DNA from: Salmonella phage beppo
Strand: one strand, 5' to 3'
Length of the DNA stretch: 32,000 bases
Sequence record: MT074455.1
Under the pieces are notes generated by a model. It worked only from the letters and a program-made list of their open reading frames with translations, was not told the DNA's origin and ran no database searches. Below, one piece after another: positions 23,598 to 32,000 of the stretch (position 1 is the first letter of the stretch; every line of letters begins with the position of its first letter). A program made the position numbers and the translations under genes.

Positions 23598-26500
23598 ATG
23601 ACTGATAAGCTAATACGAGAACTACTTATAGATGTAAAGCAGAAAGGGGCAACCCGTACTGCAAAATCTATTGAGAACGTTTCCGATGCGTTAGAAAATG
23701 CTGCTGCCGCTTCCGAACTGACTAATGAGCAGTTAGGAAAAATGCCCAAAACTCTTTACTCCATTGAGAGGGCAGCGGATAGAGCAGCTAAAAGCCTAAC
23801 TAAAATGCAGGCTAGCAGAGGTATGATGGGTATCACCAAATCTATAGATAGTATTGGTGCTAAGTTAGATGACCTTGCTATTGCTATGATTGAGGTATCC
23901 GATAAGCTAGAGTCTGGATTTACACATGTTGGTAAATCTGTTAAGGCGATGGGTAACGATGTAGCTGCTGCAACTGAAAAAGTTCAAGATAGATTATACG
24001 ATACAAACCGTGTTTTGTCGGGTACTACTAGAGGCTTCAATGATACTACCACATCCGCAGGTCGTGCTAGTCGTGCTCTAGGTAATACATCTGGTTCTGC
24101 ACGTGGTGCTACTCGTGACTTCGCAGCAATGGCTAAAGTTGGTGGTTCTCTACCTCTTATGTATGCTGCTATCGCATCTAACGTGTTCGTTCTACAATCT
24201 GCATTCGAACAACTTAAGATGGGTGACCAGTTAAACCGTCTGGAGAAGTTCGGTACTATTGTAGGTACTCAAACAGGTACTCCTGTACAAACTCTAGCTA
24301 GATCTCTACAAGAGGCTGCTGGTTATGCAATCTCCTTCGAAGAAGCAATGAGACAGGCATCCTCTGCTTCTGCATATGGATTCGATGCTGAACAACTTAA
24401 TAAATTTGGTCTAGTAGCTCGTCGTGCTGCTGCTGTTCTTGGTGTTGATATGACTGATGCACTTAACCGTGTAATCAAGGGCGTATCTAAACAAGAAATC
24501 GAACTTCTGGACGAACTTGGTGTTACTATTCGTCTTAACGATGCTTACGCAGACTACGTTAAACAGTTAAATGCTGCTAACACAGGTATTACATATAACG
24601 TTAATAGTCTCTCTACTTTCCAGAAGCAACAAGCATATGCTAACGCAGTTATCGCTGAATCTACTAAACGTTTCGGCTATCTTGATGATGTACTTCGTGC
24701 AACCCCCTGGGAACAGTTTGCTGCTAATGCTGATGCTGCACTGAGAAAGGTTCAACAGGCTGCTGCTAAGTATTTAGGGCCAGTAATTGATTCTATCAAC
24801 GCAGTGTTCTATACTTCTCAAGCATCTATCTCGGCCTCTGCTGCTAGAGCACAGGAAGAAACTAACCGCCAGATTGACCCAGCTAACGTTGGTGCTGTAG
24901 CTTTAAGTCTTTCCGCTTCTGAGGAAGGATATAATAAAGCTCTTGATATGTACAAAGAATCTCTAGAAAAGCGTAATAAGTTAAAAGCTGATCTAGATAA
25001 GCGTATGCAGCAAGCAGATGCATCTACAGCAGGGGCTATTCGTTTAGTTGCTCAAGGTGCACCGGTAGGGTTAGCTGCAGGAGGTTTTGAAGTAGGAGGA
25101 GTTCGCATAGGATCTTCTGAAGAAAACCAGAAATTCATTGCAGATACTGCTGCATTAGCTCTCCAGGTAGAGCGTCTTGATAAGGAAGTAGAGGATTCAA
25201 CTAGCAATCTTAATGCATGGAAATCGGCATACCAAGCTGCTGGTGCTGCGGCTGCTAAGGCTAACCCAGAATTCCAGAAGCAGATTAATCTGCAGAAGGA
25301 TATGAATGACCCTGATGCGGTTTATGACTTTAACTCTGCAACCCTGAAAGGACTGACAGAACAGCAGAAAGCATATGATCAGGCTAAGAAAACTGCTAGT
25401 GATTTAGCTAACGATATCCAGAACATCGCTCAGAACACTAACACTGCGGCTAAAACTAGTGCATCCCTATCAGATACGATTAAGACTATTGAGTCTTTAT
25501 CTGCTGGTACTGGTAAAAATGCTGATGAGTATGTTAAGAGCCTGAACTTAGGGTATAATACTCTTAGTGAGATGAAGACTGCTTCACAAGCTCTTGCTGG
25601 TTACGTAAAATTAACTGGTAATGAGACTAAGAATCAGTTAGAAGTTCAGCAGAAAATTGCAGAAGTATACAACCAGACTAAGGACAAAGAGAAAGCACAG
25701 GAAGCTGGTAGACGTCTGGAAATCCAACAGTTAGAAGAACAGGAAGCAGCTCTTAAGCGTGTCCTAGAAACTAACAAGGGTAACAAAGCAATCGAAGGTG
25801 AGATAGCTAAGATTCAGTTAGAACGTATCAAGATCACTAACCAGGGTATGGAAGCTCAGAAGAAGGTTAAGGACTATACTGATAAGATTCTTGGTGTTGA
25901 TCGTGAAATCGCTCTCCTGAATAACCGTACTATGACAGATACTCAGTATCGTTTAGCTCAGTTGAACCTTGAACTGACTGTCGAGAAAGAGAAGTACGCA
26001 TGGTATACTAAACAGGCTGATAAGCAGAAAGAAGCAGAACAGTCAAGACGTGCTCAGGCACAGATTGAACGTGAAATCTGGAAGTTCCGTCAGGATCAGC
26101 AGGTGGAAATGGCTTCTGGACGTGAAAGAGCTCTTAATATTTCACAGACTAGCAGAAACGTTACGGGGGAATCTCAGAGACTAACCGAACAGCAAGCTCT
26201 GTACCAAAGTTTACTGGAAATTACAAAAGGAAATGCACAAGCTCAGGAAGAGTATAAGCGTAAAATCCAAGAAACTTCGGCAGCTCTAGCACAGCTTAAG
26301 ATGCAACGTGATGCTCAGATGCAGCAGCAAGTCACTTCTTCTGTTGGTGGTGTTTACACTCCAACAACTGGACTGGAAGGAGATGATAAAGCAAATATGG
26401 ATATGCAGAATAGAATGGCATCCTATGACCAGGCTATTTCTAAGCTGTCTGAACTGAACTCCGAAGCAACTGCTGTAGCACAAAGCATGGGTAACCTAAC

Positions 26501-27305
26501 TAATGCTATGATCCAGTTTTCACAAGGATCTCTGGATACCACTTCTCTAGTAGCGGCTGGTATGCAAACTGTATCTTCAATGATTCAGTATAGTGTTGGT
26601 CAACAGGTAAGTGCTATTGATGCAGCTATTGCAGCAGAACAGAAACGTGATGGTAAATCTGAGCAATCTAAAGCTAAGATCAAGAAGTTAGAGGCTGAAA
26701 AGCTCAAGATCCAGCAAGATGCGGCTAAGAAGCAAATCATTATCCAGACGGCAGTAGCGGTGATGCAGGCAGCAACAGCTGTTCCGTATCCATTCTCTAT
26801 TCCTCTGATGGTTGCGGCTGGTTTAGCAGGTGCTATGGCTCTTGCTCAAGCATCCTCTGCATCTGGTATGTCTTCTATTGGGGACTCTGGTGCTGAGACA
26901 GCTGGTTACTTAACTCTTGGAGAGCGCCAGAAGAACGTAGACGTTTCTATGTCGGCTAACGCAGGTGAGCTTTCTTATATTCGAGGAGATCAAGGGATTG
27001 GTAATGCTAACTCTTTCGTACCCCGTGCAGAAGGTGGTAATATGTATCCTGGAGTTAGTTACCAGATGGGTGAACATGGTACCGAAGTAATCACTCCTAT
27101 GGTTCCGATGAAGGCTACTCCTACTGATGAACTCAAAGGATCTTCAAAGGGTACATCGGGTAGACCTATTGTGCTGAACATAAGTACGATGGATGCGGCT
27201 AGCTTCCGAGACTTTGCTTCGAGCAACAGTGCTGCTTTCATGGATGCCGTGGAACAGGCTCTTAATGAGAATGGAACCACCCTTAAATCGCTTGGTAATT
27301 CTTAA
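23598..27305 (+). CDS. Tape measure protein, T5 pb2-like
   Basis: 1235 aa, coiled-coil rich, hydrophobic segment, position. Confidence 0.9.
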   Translation: MTDKLIRELLIDVKQKGATRTAKSIENVSDALENAAAASELTNEQLGKMPKTLYSIERAADRAAKSLTKMQASRGMMGITKSIDSIGAKLDDLAIAMIEVSDKLESGFTHVGKSVKAMGNDVAAATEKVQDRLYDTNRVLSGTTRGFNDTTTSAGRASRALGNTSGSARGATRDFAAMAKVGGSLPLMYAAIASNVFVLQSAFEQLKMGDQLNRLEKFGTIVGTQTGTPVQTLARSLQEAAGYAISFEEAMRQASSASAYGFDAEQLNKFGLVARRAAAVLGVDMTDALNRVIKGVSKQEIELLDELGVTIRLNDAYADYVKQLNAANTGITYNVNSLSTFQKQQAYANAVIAESTKRFGYLDDVLRATPWEQFAANADAALRKVQQAAAKYLGPVIDSINAVFYTSQASISASAARAQEETNRQIDPANVGAVALSLSASEEGYNKALDMYKESLEKRNKLKADLDKRMQQADASTAGAIRLVAQGAPVGLAAGGFEVGGVRIGSSEENQKFIADTAALALQVERLDKEVEDSTSNLNAWKSAYQAAGAAAAKANPEFQKQINLQKDMNDPDAVYDFNSATLKGLTEQQKAYDQAKKTASDLANDIQNIAQNTNTAAKTSASLSDTIKTIESLSAGTGKNADEYVKSLNLGYNTLSEMKTASQALAGYVKLTGNETKNQLEVQQKIAEVYNQTKDKEKAQEAGRRLEIQQLEEQEAALKRVLETNKGNKAIEGEIAKIQLERIKITNQGMEAQKKVKDYTDKILGVDREIALLNNRTMTDTQYRLAQLNLELTVEKEKYAWYTKQADKQKEAEQSRRAQAQIEREIWKFRQDQQVEMASGRERALNISQTSRNVTGESQRLTEQQALYQSLLEITKGNAQAQEEYKRKIQETSAALAQLKMQRDAQMQQQVTSSVGGVYTPTTGLEGDDKANMDMQNRMASYDQAISKLSELNSEATAVAQSMGNLTNAMIQFSQGSLDTTSLVAAGMQTVSSMIQYSVGQQVSAIDAAIAAEQKRDGKSEQSKAKIKKLEAEKLKIQQDAAKKQIIIQTAVAVMQAATAVPYPFSIPLMVAAGLAGAMALAQASSASGMSSIGDSGAETAGYLTLGERQKNVDVSMSANAGELSYIRGDQGIGNANSFVPRAEGGNMYPGVSYQMGEHGTEVITPMVPMKATPTDELKGSSKGTSGRPIVLNISTMDAASFRDFASSNSAAFMDAVEQALNENGTTLKSLGNS

Positions 27306-27310
27306 TACTG

Positions 27311-27335
27311 GAGGAGGACTTTATGTCCTCCTTTT
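27311..27335 (+). terminator. Intrinsic terminator AGGAGGAC-TTTAT-GTCCTCCT + TTTTC
   Basis: 8-bp stem and U-rich tail after the tape measure gene. Confidence 0.8.
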
Positions 27336-27413
27336 CTTTATGGAAAAATAAAAATTTCTTGATAAAATTTTCCAATCCTATTATAATATTGTTATTAAGA
27401 GGAGAAATTAACT

Positions 27414-28028
27414 ATGAGACTACCAGACCCATACACGAACCCAGAGCTATCAGGGTTAGGTTTTGAAAGCGTTAACTTAGTAGACAATGACCCTATGATT
27501 CGTGATGAATTACCTAATGGTAAAGTTAGGGAGGTTAAGGTGTCTGCTCAATATTGGGGTATTAATATCTCTTATCCAGAATTATTCCCAGATGAATTTG
27601 CTAAATTAGACTCATTCATTCTAGATTATAAAAGAACAGGTAGCTATATTGATGTGTTATTACCACAATATGAAGCTTTCCGAGTTCGTGGTGATACTAG
27701 TGCTGTAAATATTCCTGCTGGACAAAAAGGTTCAACAGTTATTATGGACACTAAAGGTACACTTCGTGGACTGCCTAAACCAGGCGATTTATTTAAATTG
27801 TCCAACCATCCAAAAGTGTACAAAATCACTTCTATCAACACAGCAGGAAATACTTGGAATATAAGTGTTTATCCTGATCTATTCATTACTACTACGGGTA
27901 GTGAGAAACCGGTATTTAATGGTATTCTGTTTAGAACTAAATTAATGAACGGAGACAGTTTTGGCTCTACGTTAAATAGTAATGGTACATATACTGGTAT
28001 TTCACTTTCCTTGAGGGAAAGTCTATGA
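27414..28028 (+). CDS. Distal tail protein, T5 pb9-like (Dit)
   Basis: 204 aa, same length as pb9; position. Confidence 0.8.
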   Translation: MRLPDPYTNPELSGLGFESVNLVDNDPMIRDELPNGKVREVKVSAQYWGINISYPELFPDEFAKLDSFILDYKRTGSYIDVLLPQYEAFRVRGDTSAVNIPAGQKGSTVIMDTKGTLRGLPKPGDLFKLSNHPKVYKITSINTAGNTWNISVYPDLFITTTGSEKPVFNGILFRTKLMNGDSFGSTLNSNGTYTGISLSLRESL

Positions 28029-30874
28029 AGAAAATTCTTGACAGTGCAAGAGAGTATCTAAGAACCAATAATAAAATAAAAACTGCATGCCTTATTACTC
28101 TTGAATTGCCAAGCTCTACCGGATCAAGTTCTGCGTACATTTATCTTACAGACTATTTTAGGGATGTAATTTATAATGGTATTCTTTACACATCCGGTAA
28201 AGTTAAGTCTATAACAACACATAAACAAAATAGAAAACTTTCCATTGGTAGCCTTTCTTTTACTATCACAGGTACTGCTGAGGATGAAGTATTAAAACTA
28301 GTCCAAAATGGTGTATCCTTCCTAGATAGATCTATTTCAATCCATCAAGCGGTTATTGATGAAGAAGGTAACATTCTTCCTGTAGATCCAGACACTAATG
28401 GTCCTTTACTTTACTTCCGTGGTAAAATTACTGGTGGTGGTATTAAGGATAACATTGGTACTTCTGGAGTTAGTACATCCGTTATTACATGGAACTGTTC
28501 AAACCAATTCTACGACTTTGATAGAGTAAATGGACGTTTCACAGATGATGCTGACCATAGGGGGCTTGAGATTGTTGCCGGCCAATTAGTTCCGTCTAAT
28601 GGTGCTAAGCGACCTGAATATCAAGAAGACTACGGGTTCTTCCACGCTAATAAGAGTATCTCTATTCTTGCTAAGTATCAGGTTCAGGAAGAACGTTATA
28701 AGTTACAATCTAAGAAAAAATTATTTGGTCTTTCTAGAAGCTATAGTCTAAAGAAATACTATGAGACTGTAACTAAGGAAGTAGATCTTGATTTTAACTT
28801 AGCTGCTAAATTCCTGCCAGTAGTATATGGAGTTCAGAAAATTCCTGGAATCCCAGTATTTGCAGATACTGAACTGCATAATCCTAATATCGTATATGTA
28901 GTATACGCTTTCTGTGAGGGTGAGATTGATGGGTTCCTAGATTTTTACTTTGGTGATGTACCAATGATCTGTATTGATCCTAATGATAGTAAGTCTCGTA
29001 CTTGCTTTGGTACTAAGAAAGTAGCTGGTGATACCATGCAACGTATTGCTTCTGGTCAACCAAGCTCTGAACCTTCTATTCATGGGCAGGAATATAAGTA
29101 TAATGATGGTAATGGTGATATCCGTATCTGGACTTATCATGGTAAGGCTGATCAATCTGCTGCTGATGTTCTAGTTAACATTGCAAAAGAGAAAGGTTTC
29201 TATTTACAGAACATGAATGAGAATGGACCGGAATACTGGGACTCTCGTTATAAACTGTTAGATACTGCTTATGCTATAGTTCGCTTTACTATTAATGAAA
29301 ACAGAACAGAAATTCCAGAAGTTAGTGCAGAAGTTCAAGGTAAGAAGATTAAGATCTATCATTCAGATGGTAGAGTAACTGCTGATAAGACTAGCTTAAA
29401 TGGTATCTGGCAAACTCTGGACTACCTAACCTCTGATCGCTATGGTGCTAATATCACTATCGATCAGTTCCCTCTCCAGCAACTTATTCAAGAAGCCGCT
29501 ATTCTGGATATCATTGATGAATCCTATCAGGTTTCTTGGCAACCCTATTGGAGATACGTTGGATGGACTGATGCTGTAGGAGATAATAGACAAATAGTCC
29601 AAATGAACACTATTCTGGATACCTCTGAGTCAGTATTTAAAAATGTTCAGGGATTAATAGAGTCTTACGGTGGTGCTATCAACAACTTATCTGGACAGTA
29701 TAGGATAACTGTTGAGAAGTTCTCAAATACTCCACTAGAGATTGACTTCTTAGATACCTACGGTGATCTGGAGCTGTCAGATACTACGGGCAGAAATAAG
29801 TTCAACTCAGTACAAGCCTCCATATTAGACCCTGCATTAAGCTGGAAAACTAACTCCATTACATTCTTTAACTCTATATTTAAAGAACAAGATAAAGGAT
29901 TAGATAAAAAACTTCAGCTTTCTTTTGCAAACATCACTAACTATTATACTGCACGTAGCTTTGCAGATAGAGAACTGAAAAAATCTCGTTACTCACGAAC
30001 TCTCACATTCTCATTACCATATCATTTCATAGGTATTGAGCCTAACGATCCAGTTGCTTTTACATATGGTCGTTATGGTTGGGATAAGAAATACTTCCTA
30101 GTTGATGAAGTTGAAAACTCTAGAGAAGGTAAGATTAATATTACACTGCAAGAGTATGGTGAGGATGTATTCATTAACTCCGAGCAGGTTGATAATAGTG
30201 GTAACGATATCCCTGATGTTAGTAATAACGTACTGCCTCCTAGAGACTTTATGTACATACCAACACCGGGTGGACAAGTAGGATCTATTGGTAAGAATGG
30301 TGAGCTATCTTGGCTTCCTAGCTTAACTAATAACGTTGTTTATTACTCCATCGTTCATTCTGGACATGCTGATCCTTATATCGTACAGCAACTAGAAACT
30401 AATCCAAATCTACGAATGATCCAAGAAATTATTGGAGAACCTGCTGGTTTAGCAGTCTTTGAGATTAGAGCTGTAGATATTAATGGTAGACGAAGTTCTC
30501 CTGTAACACTATCGGTAGAACTTAACTCTGCTAAAAACTTAAGCGTCGTTAGTAATTTCAGGGTTACTAACACAGCTTCAGGAGATGCATCGGAATTTGT
30601 AGGACCAGACGTTAAGTTGGCCTGGGATAGAATTCCAGAAGAAGATATCATTGATGGAATCTTCTACACTCTCGAAATCTACGATAACCTAGATCGTTTA
30701 TTAAGAAGTGTACGAATTGAAGATCAGTATGTCTACGATTATCTACTGATATACAATAAGGCAGACTATGCTCTTCATAACGAGGATGCTCTAGGTATTA
30801 ATAGGAAGTTACGCTTCCGTATAAGAGCAGAAGGTGATAATGGCGAGCAATCTGTGGATTGGGCATCTATTTAA
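28025..30874 (+). CDS. Baseplate hub / tail tip protein, T5 pb3-like
   Basis: 949 aa; tail-tip organisation with C-terminal Fn3-like region. Confidence 0.8.
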   Translation: MKKILDSAREYLRTNNKIKTACLITLELPSSTGSSSAYIYLTDYFRDVIYNGILYTSGKVKSITTHKQNRKLSIGSLSFTITGTAEDEVLKLVQNGVSFLDRSISIHQAVIDEEGNILPVDPDTNGPLLYFRGKITGGGIKDNIGTSGVSTSVITWNCSNQFYDFDRVNGRFTDDADHRGLEIVAGQLVPSNGAKRPEYQEDYGFFHANKSISILAKYQVQEERYKLQSKKKLFGLSRSYSLKKYYETVTKEVDLDFNLAAKFLPVVYGVQKIPGIPVFADTELHNPNIVYVVYAFCEGEIDGFLDFYFGDVPMICIDPNDSKSRTCFGTKKVAGDTMQRIASGQPSSEPSIHGQEYKYNDGNGDIRIWTYHGKADQSAADVLVNIAKEKGFYLQNMNENGPEYWDSRYKLLDTAYAIVRFTINENRTEIPEVSAEVQGKKIKIYHSDGRVTADKTSLNGIWQTLDYLTSDRYGANITIDQFPLQQLIQEAAILDIIDESYQVSWQPYWRYVGWTDAVGDNRQIVQMNTILDTSESVFKNVQGLIESYGGAINNLSGQYRITVEKFSNTPLEIDFLDTYGDLELSDTTGRNKFNSVQASILDPALSWKTNSITFFNSIFKEQDKGLDKKLQLSFANITNYYTARSFADRELKKSRYSRTLTFSLPYHFIGIEPNDPVAFTYGRYGWDKKYFLVDEVENSREGKINITLQEYGEDVFINSEQVDNSGNDIPDVSNNVLPPRDFMYIPTPGGQVGSIGKNGELSWLPSLTNNVVYYSIVHSGHADPYIVQQLETNPNLRMIQEIIGEPAGLAVFEIRAVDINGRRSSPVTLSVELNSAKNLSVVSNFRVTNTASGDASEFVGPDVKLAWDRIPEEDIIDGIFYTLEIYDNLDRLLRSVRIEDQYVYDYLLIYNKADYALHNEDALGINRKLRFRIRAEGDNGEQSVDWASI

Positions 30875-32000
30875 ATGATTTCGAATAATGCACCAGCCAA
30901 GATGGTCTTAAATAGTATTATGACTGGATATACTATGGCGTATATCCAGCATTCTATCTATACCGACTACGATGTTATCGGTAGATCATTCTGGCTTAAA
31001 CTTGGCGAAGAAGTGGATAGAAGAGATTTCACTGGAATCGACACTTTCTTTGTTATGATCAATAACTTAACTCCCTCAACTACCTATCAGGTTCAGGGAG
31101 CTTTTTATGACTCAATTATTGACTCAGAACTTTTAAATGCAAAAATTGGTATTAACCTCTCTAATGAAACTAACTTTAAAACAAAAGAGAAGCCAATAAT
31201 TGTTACAGCAAGGTCTGAGTCAGAACCAGTGGATGTTGGGGTGGGCGCACCGATAGTTGTTGTGGAAACTACTGGTGAAGCAAGTTACTGTACTATTGAG
31301 TTAAAAAGTACAGCCACGGAAGATAGTCCTTGGACTAAGTATTACATTGGGGCTTTAGGTTCTACTATTAAATTTGGTGGAGTTCCTATAGGAGATTATA
31401 AGATCAGAATATCTGGTCAAGTAACTATGCCTGATGGTGTTACAGTTGATTCTTCTGGTTACTATGAGTTCCCTAATATTCTAACTGTAGCTTATAATTT
31501 TGTTCCTCCTACTGCACCTATCGATATTGTTTTTAAAGCTGCACGAATTGCTGATGGTAAAGAACGATATGATGTTAGAATTGAGTGGGATTGGGAACGC
31601 GGTGCTGGTGCTAACGTTCGTGAGTTCTTGGTTACTTATATAAATTCCGAGGAATACGCTAAGACTGGCTGGGCTAAAGCTCAAAAGATAAACGTGGGCG
31701 CTGCTAGAGCTGCAACAATTATATCATTCCCATGGAGAGTTGAACATACGTTTAAGGTATCATCAATTGCCTGGGGACCAAATAAACAAGATATAACCGA
31801 GTCAGCTCCTGTAACATTTATTCTGAATGAAGATACTCCTCTAGATAATAGTTTTGTCAATGAGACGGGTATTGATGTTAACTATGCCTTTATTAAAGGC
31901 AGCATGAAAGATGGGGAAATCTGGAGACAAACATTCCTAATTGATGCAGCTACTGGTGCTATTAACATTGGTCTGCTCGATGAAGAAGGTAAAGCACCTA
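30875..32000 (+). CDS. Tail central fibre protein, T5 pb4-like, truncated by window end
   Basis: Open frame from ATG 30875 (MISNNAPAKMVLNSIMTGYTMAYIQHS...) to the window edge; absent from the track because no stop is in the window. Confidence 0.7.
   Translation, partial: MISNNAPAKMVLNSIMTGYTMAYIQHSIYTDYDVIGRSFWLKLGEEVDRRDFTGIDTFFVMINNLTPSTTYQVQGAFYDSIIDSELLNAKIGINLSNETNFKTKEKPIIVTARSESEPVDVGVGAPIVVVETTGEASYCTIELKSTATEDSPWTKYYIGALGSTIKFGGVPIGDYKIRISGQVTMPDGVTVDSSGYYEFPNILTVAYNFVPPTAPIDIVFKAARIADGKERYDVRIEWDWERGAGANVREFLVTYINSEEYAKTGWAKAQKINVGAARAATIISFPWRVEHTFKVSSIAWGPNKQDITESAPVTFILNEDTPLDNSFVNETGIDVNYAFIKGSMKDGEIWRQTFLIDAATGAINIGLLDEEGKAP

Noticed and set aside
1-32000. tRNA genes, integrase or lysogeny genes
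   Set aside because: No cloverleaf-like segments were noticed by eye in the non-coding gaps, and no integrase- or CI-like protein is among the ORFs. The LexA-like boxes alone do not establish lysogeny.

Overview
This window looks like one end of a T5-like (Demerecviridae-type) siphophage genome, printed in the reverse of the usual T5 orientation. Positions 1 to ~9.2 kb carry a pre-early / first-step-transfer-like region: recognisable A2-like, A1-like and dmp-like genes on +, a tight operon of tiny genes on -, and two long non-coding regions rich in repeats. A cluster of small membrane-protein ORFs and an Llp-like lipoprotein ORF follow on -. From 10.65 kb the window holds a colinear late module on +: receptor-binding protein (pb5/Oad-like), terminase small and large subunits, HNH endonuclease, portal, decoration protein, prohead protease, major capsid, head/tail completion proteins, tail terminator, tail tube, minor tail, tail-assembly chaperones, tape measure, Dit, baseplate hub, and a truncated pb4-like fibre. 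The most interesting signals are outside normal genes. (1) Position 1-720 is a non-coding control region with 7 copies of a 16-nt iteron, a palindrome array, DnaA-like boxes and a near-perfect LexA/SOS operator; it sits where a T5 injection-stop region would be expected. (2) A second DnaA/LexA cluster (3.5-4.0 kb) shares a perfect 27-bp repeat with the first. (3) Two rrn-type boxA sequences and 22-bp inverted repeats flank a 72-aa ORF. (4) Nearly every pre-early intergenic gap contains a hairpin. (5) A UUU_CGU +1 frameshift candidate links the tail chaperone ORFs. (6) A repeated 25-bp terminator-to-start-codon module precedes two late genes. Family assignments come from remembered protein sequence similarity; no database search was run.
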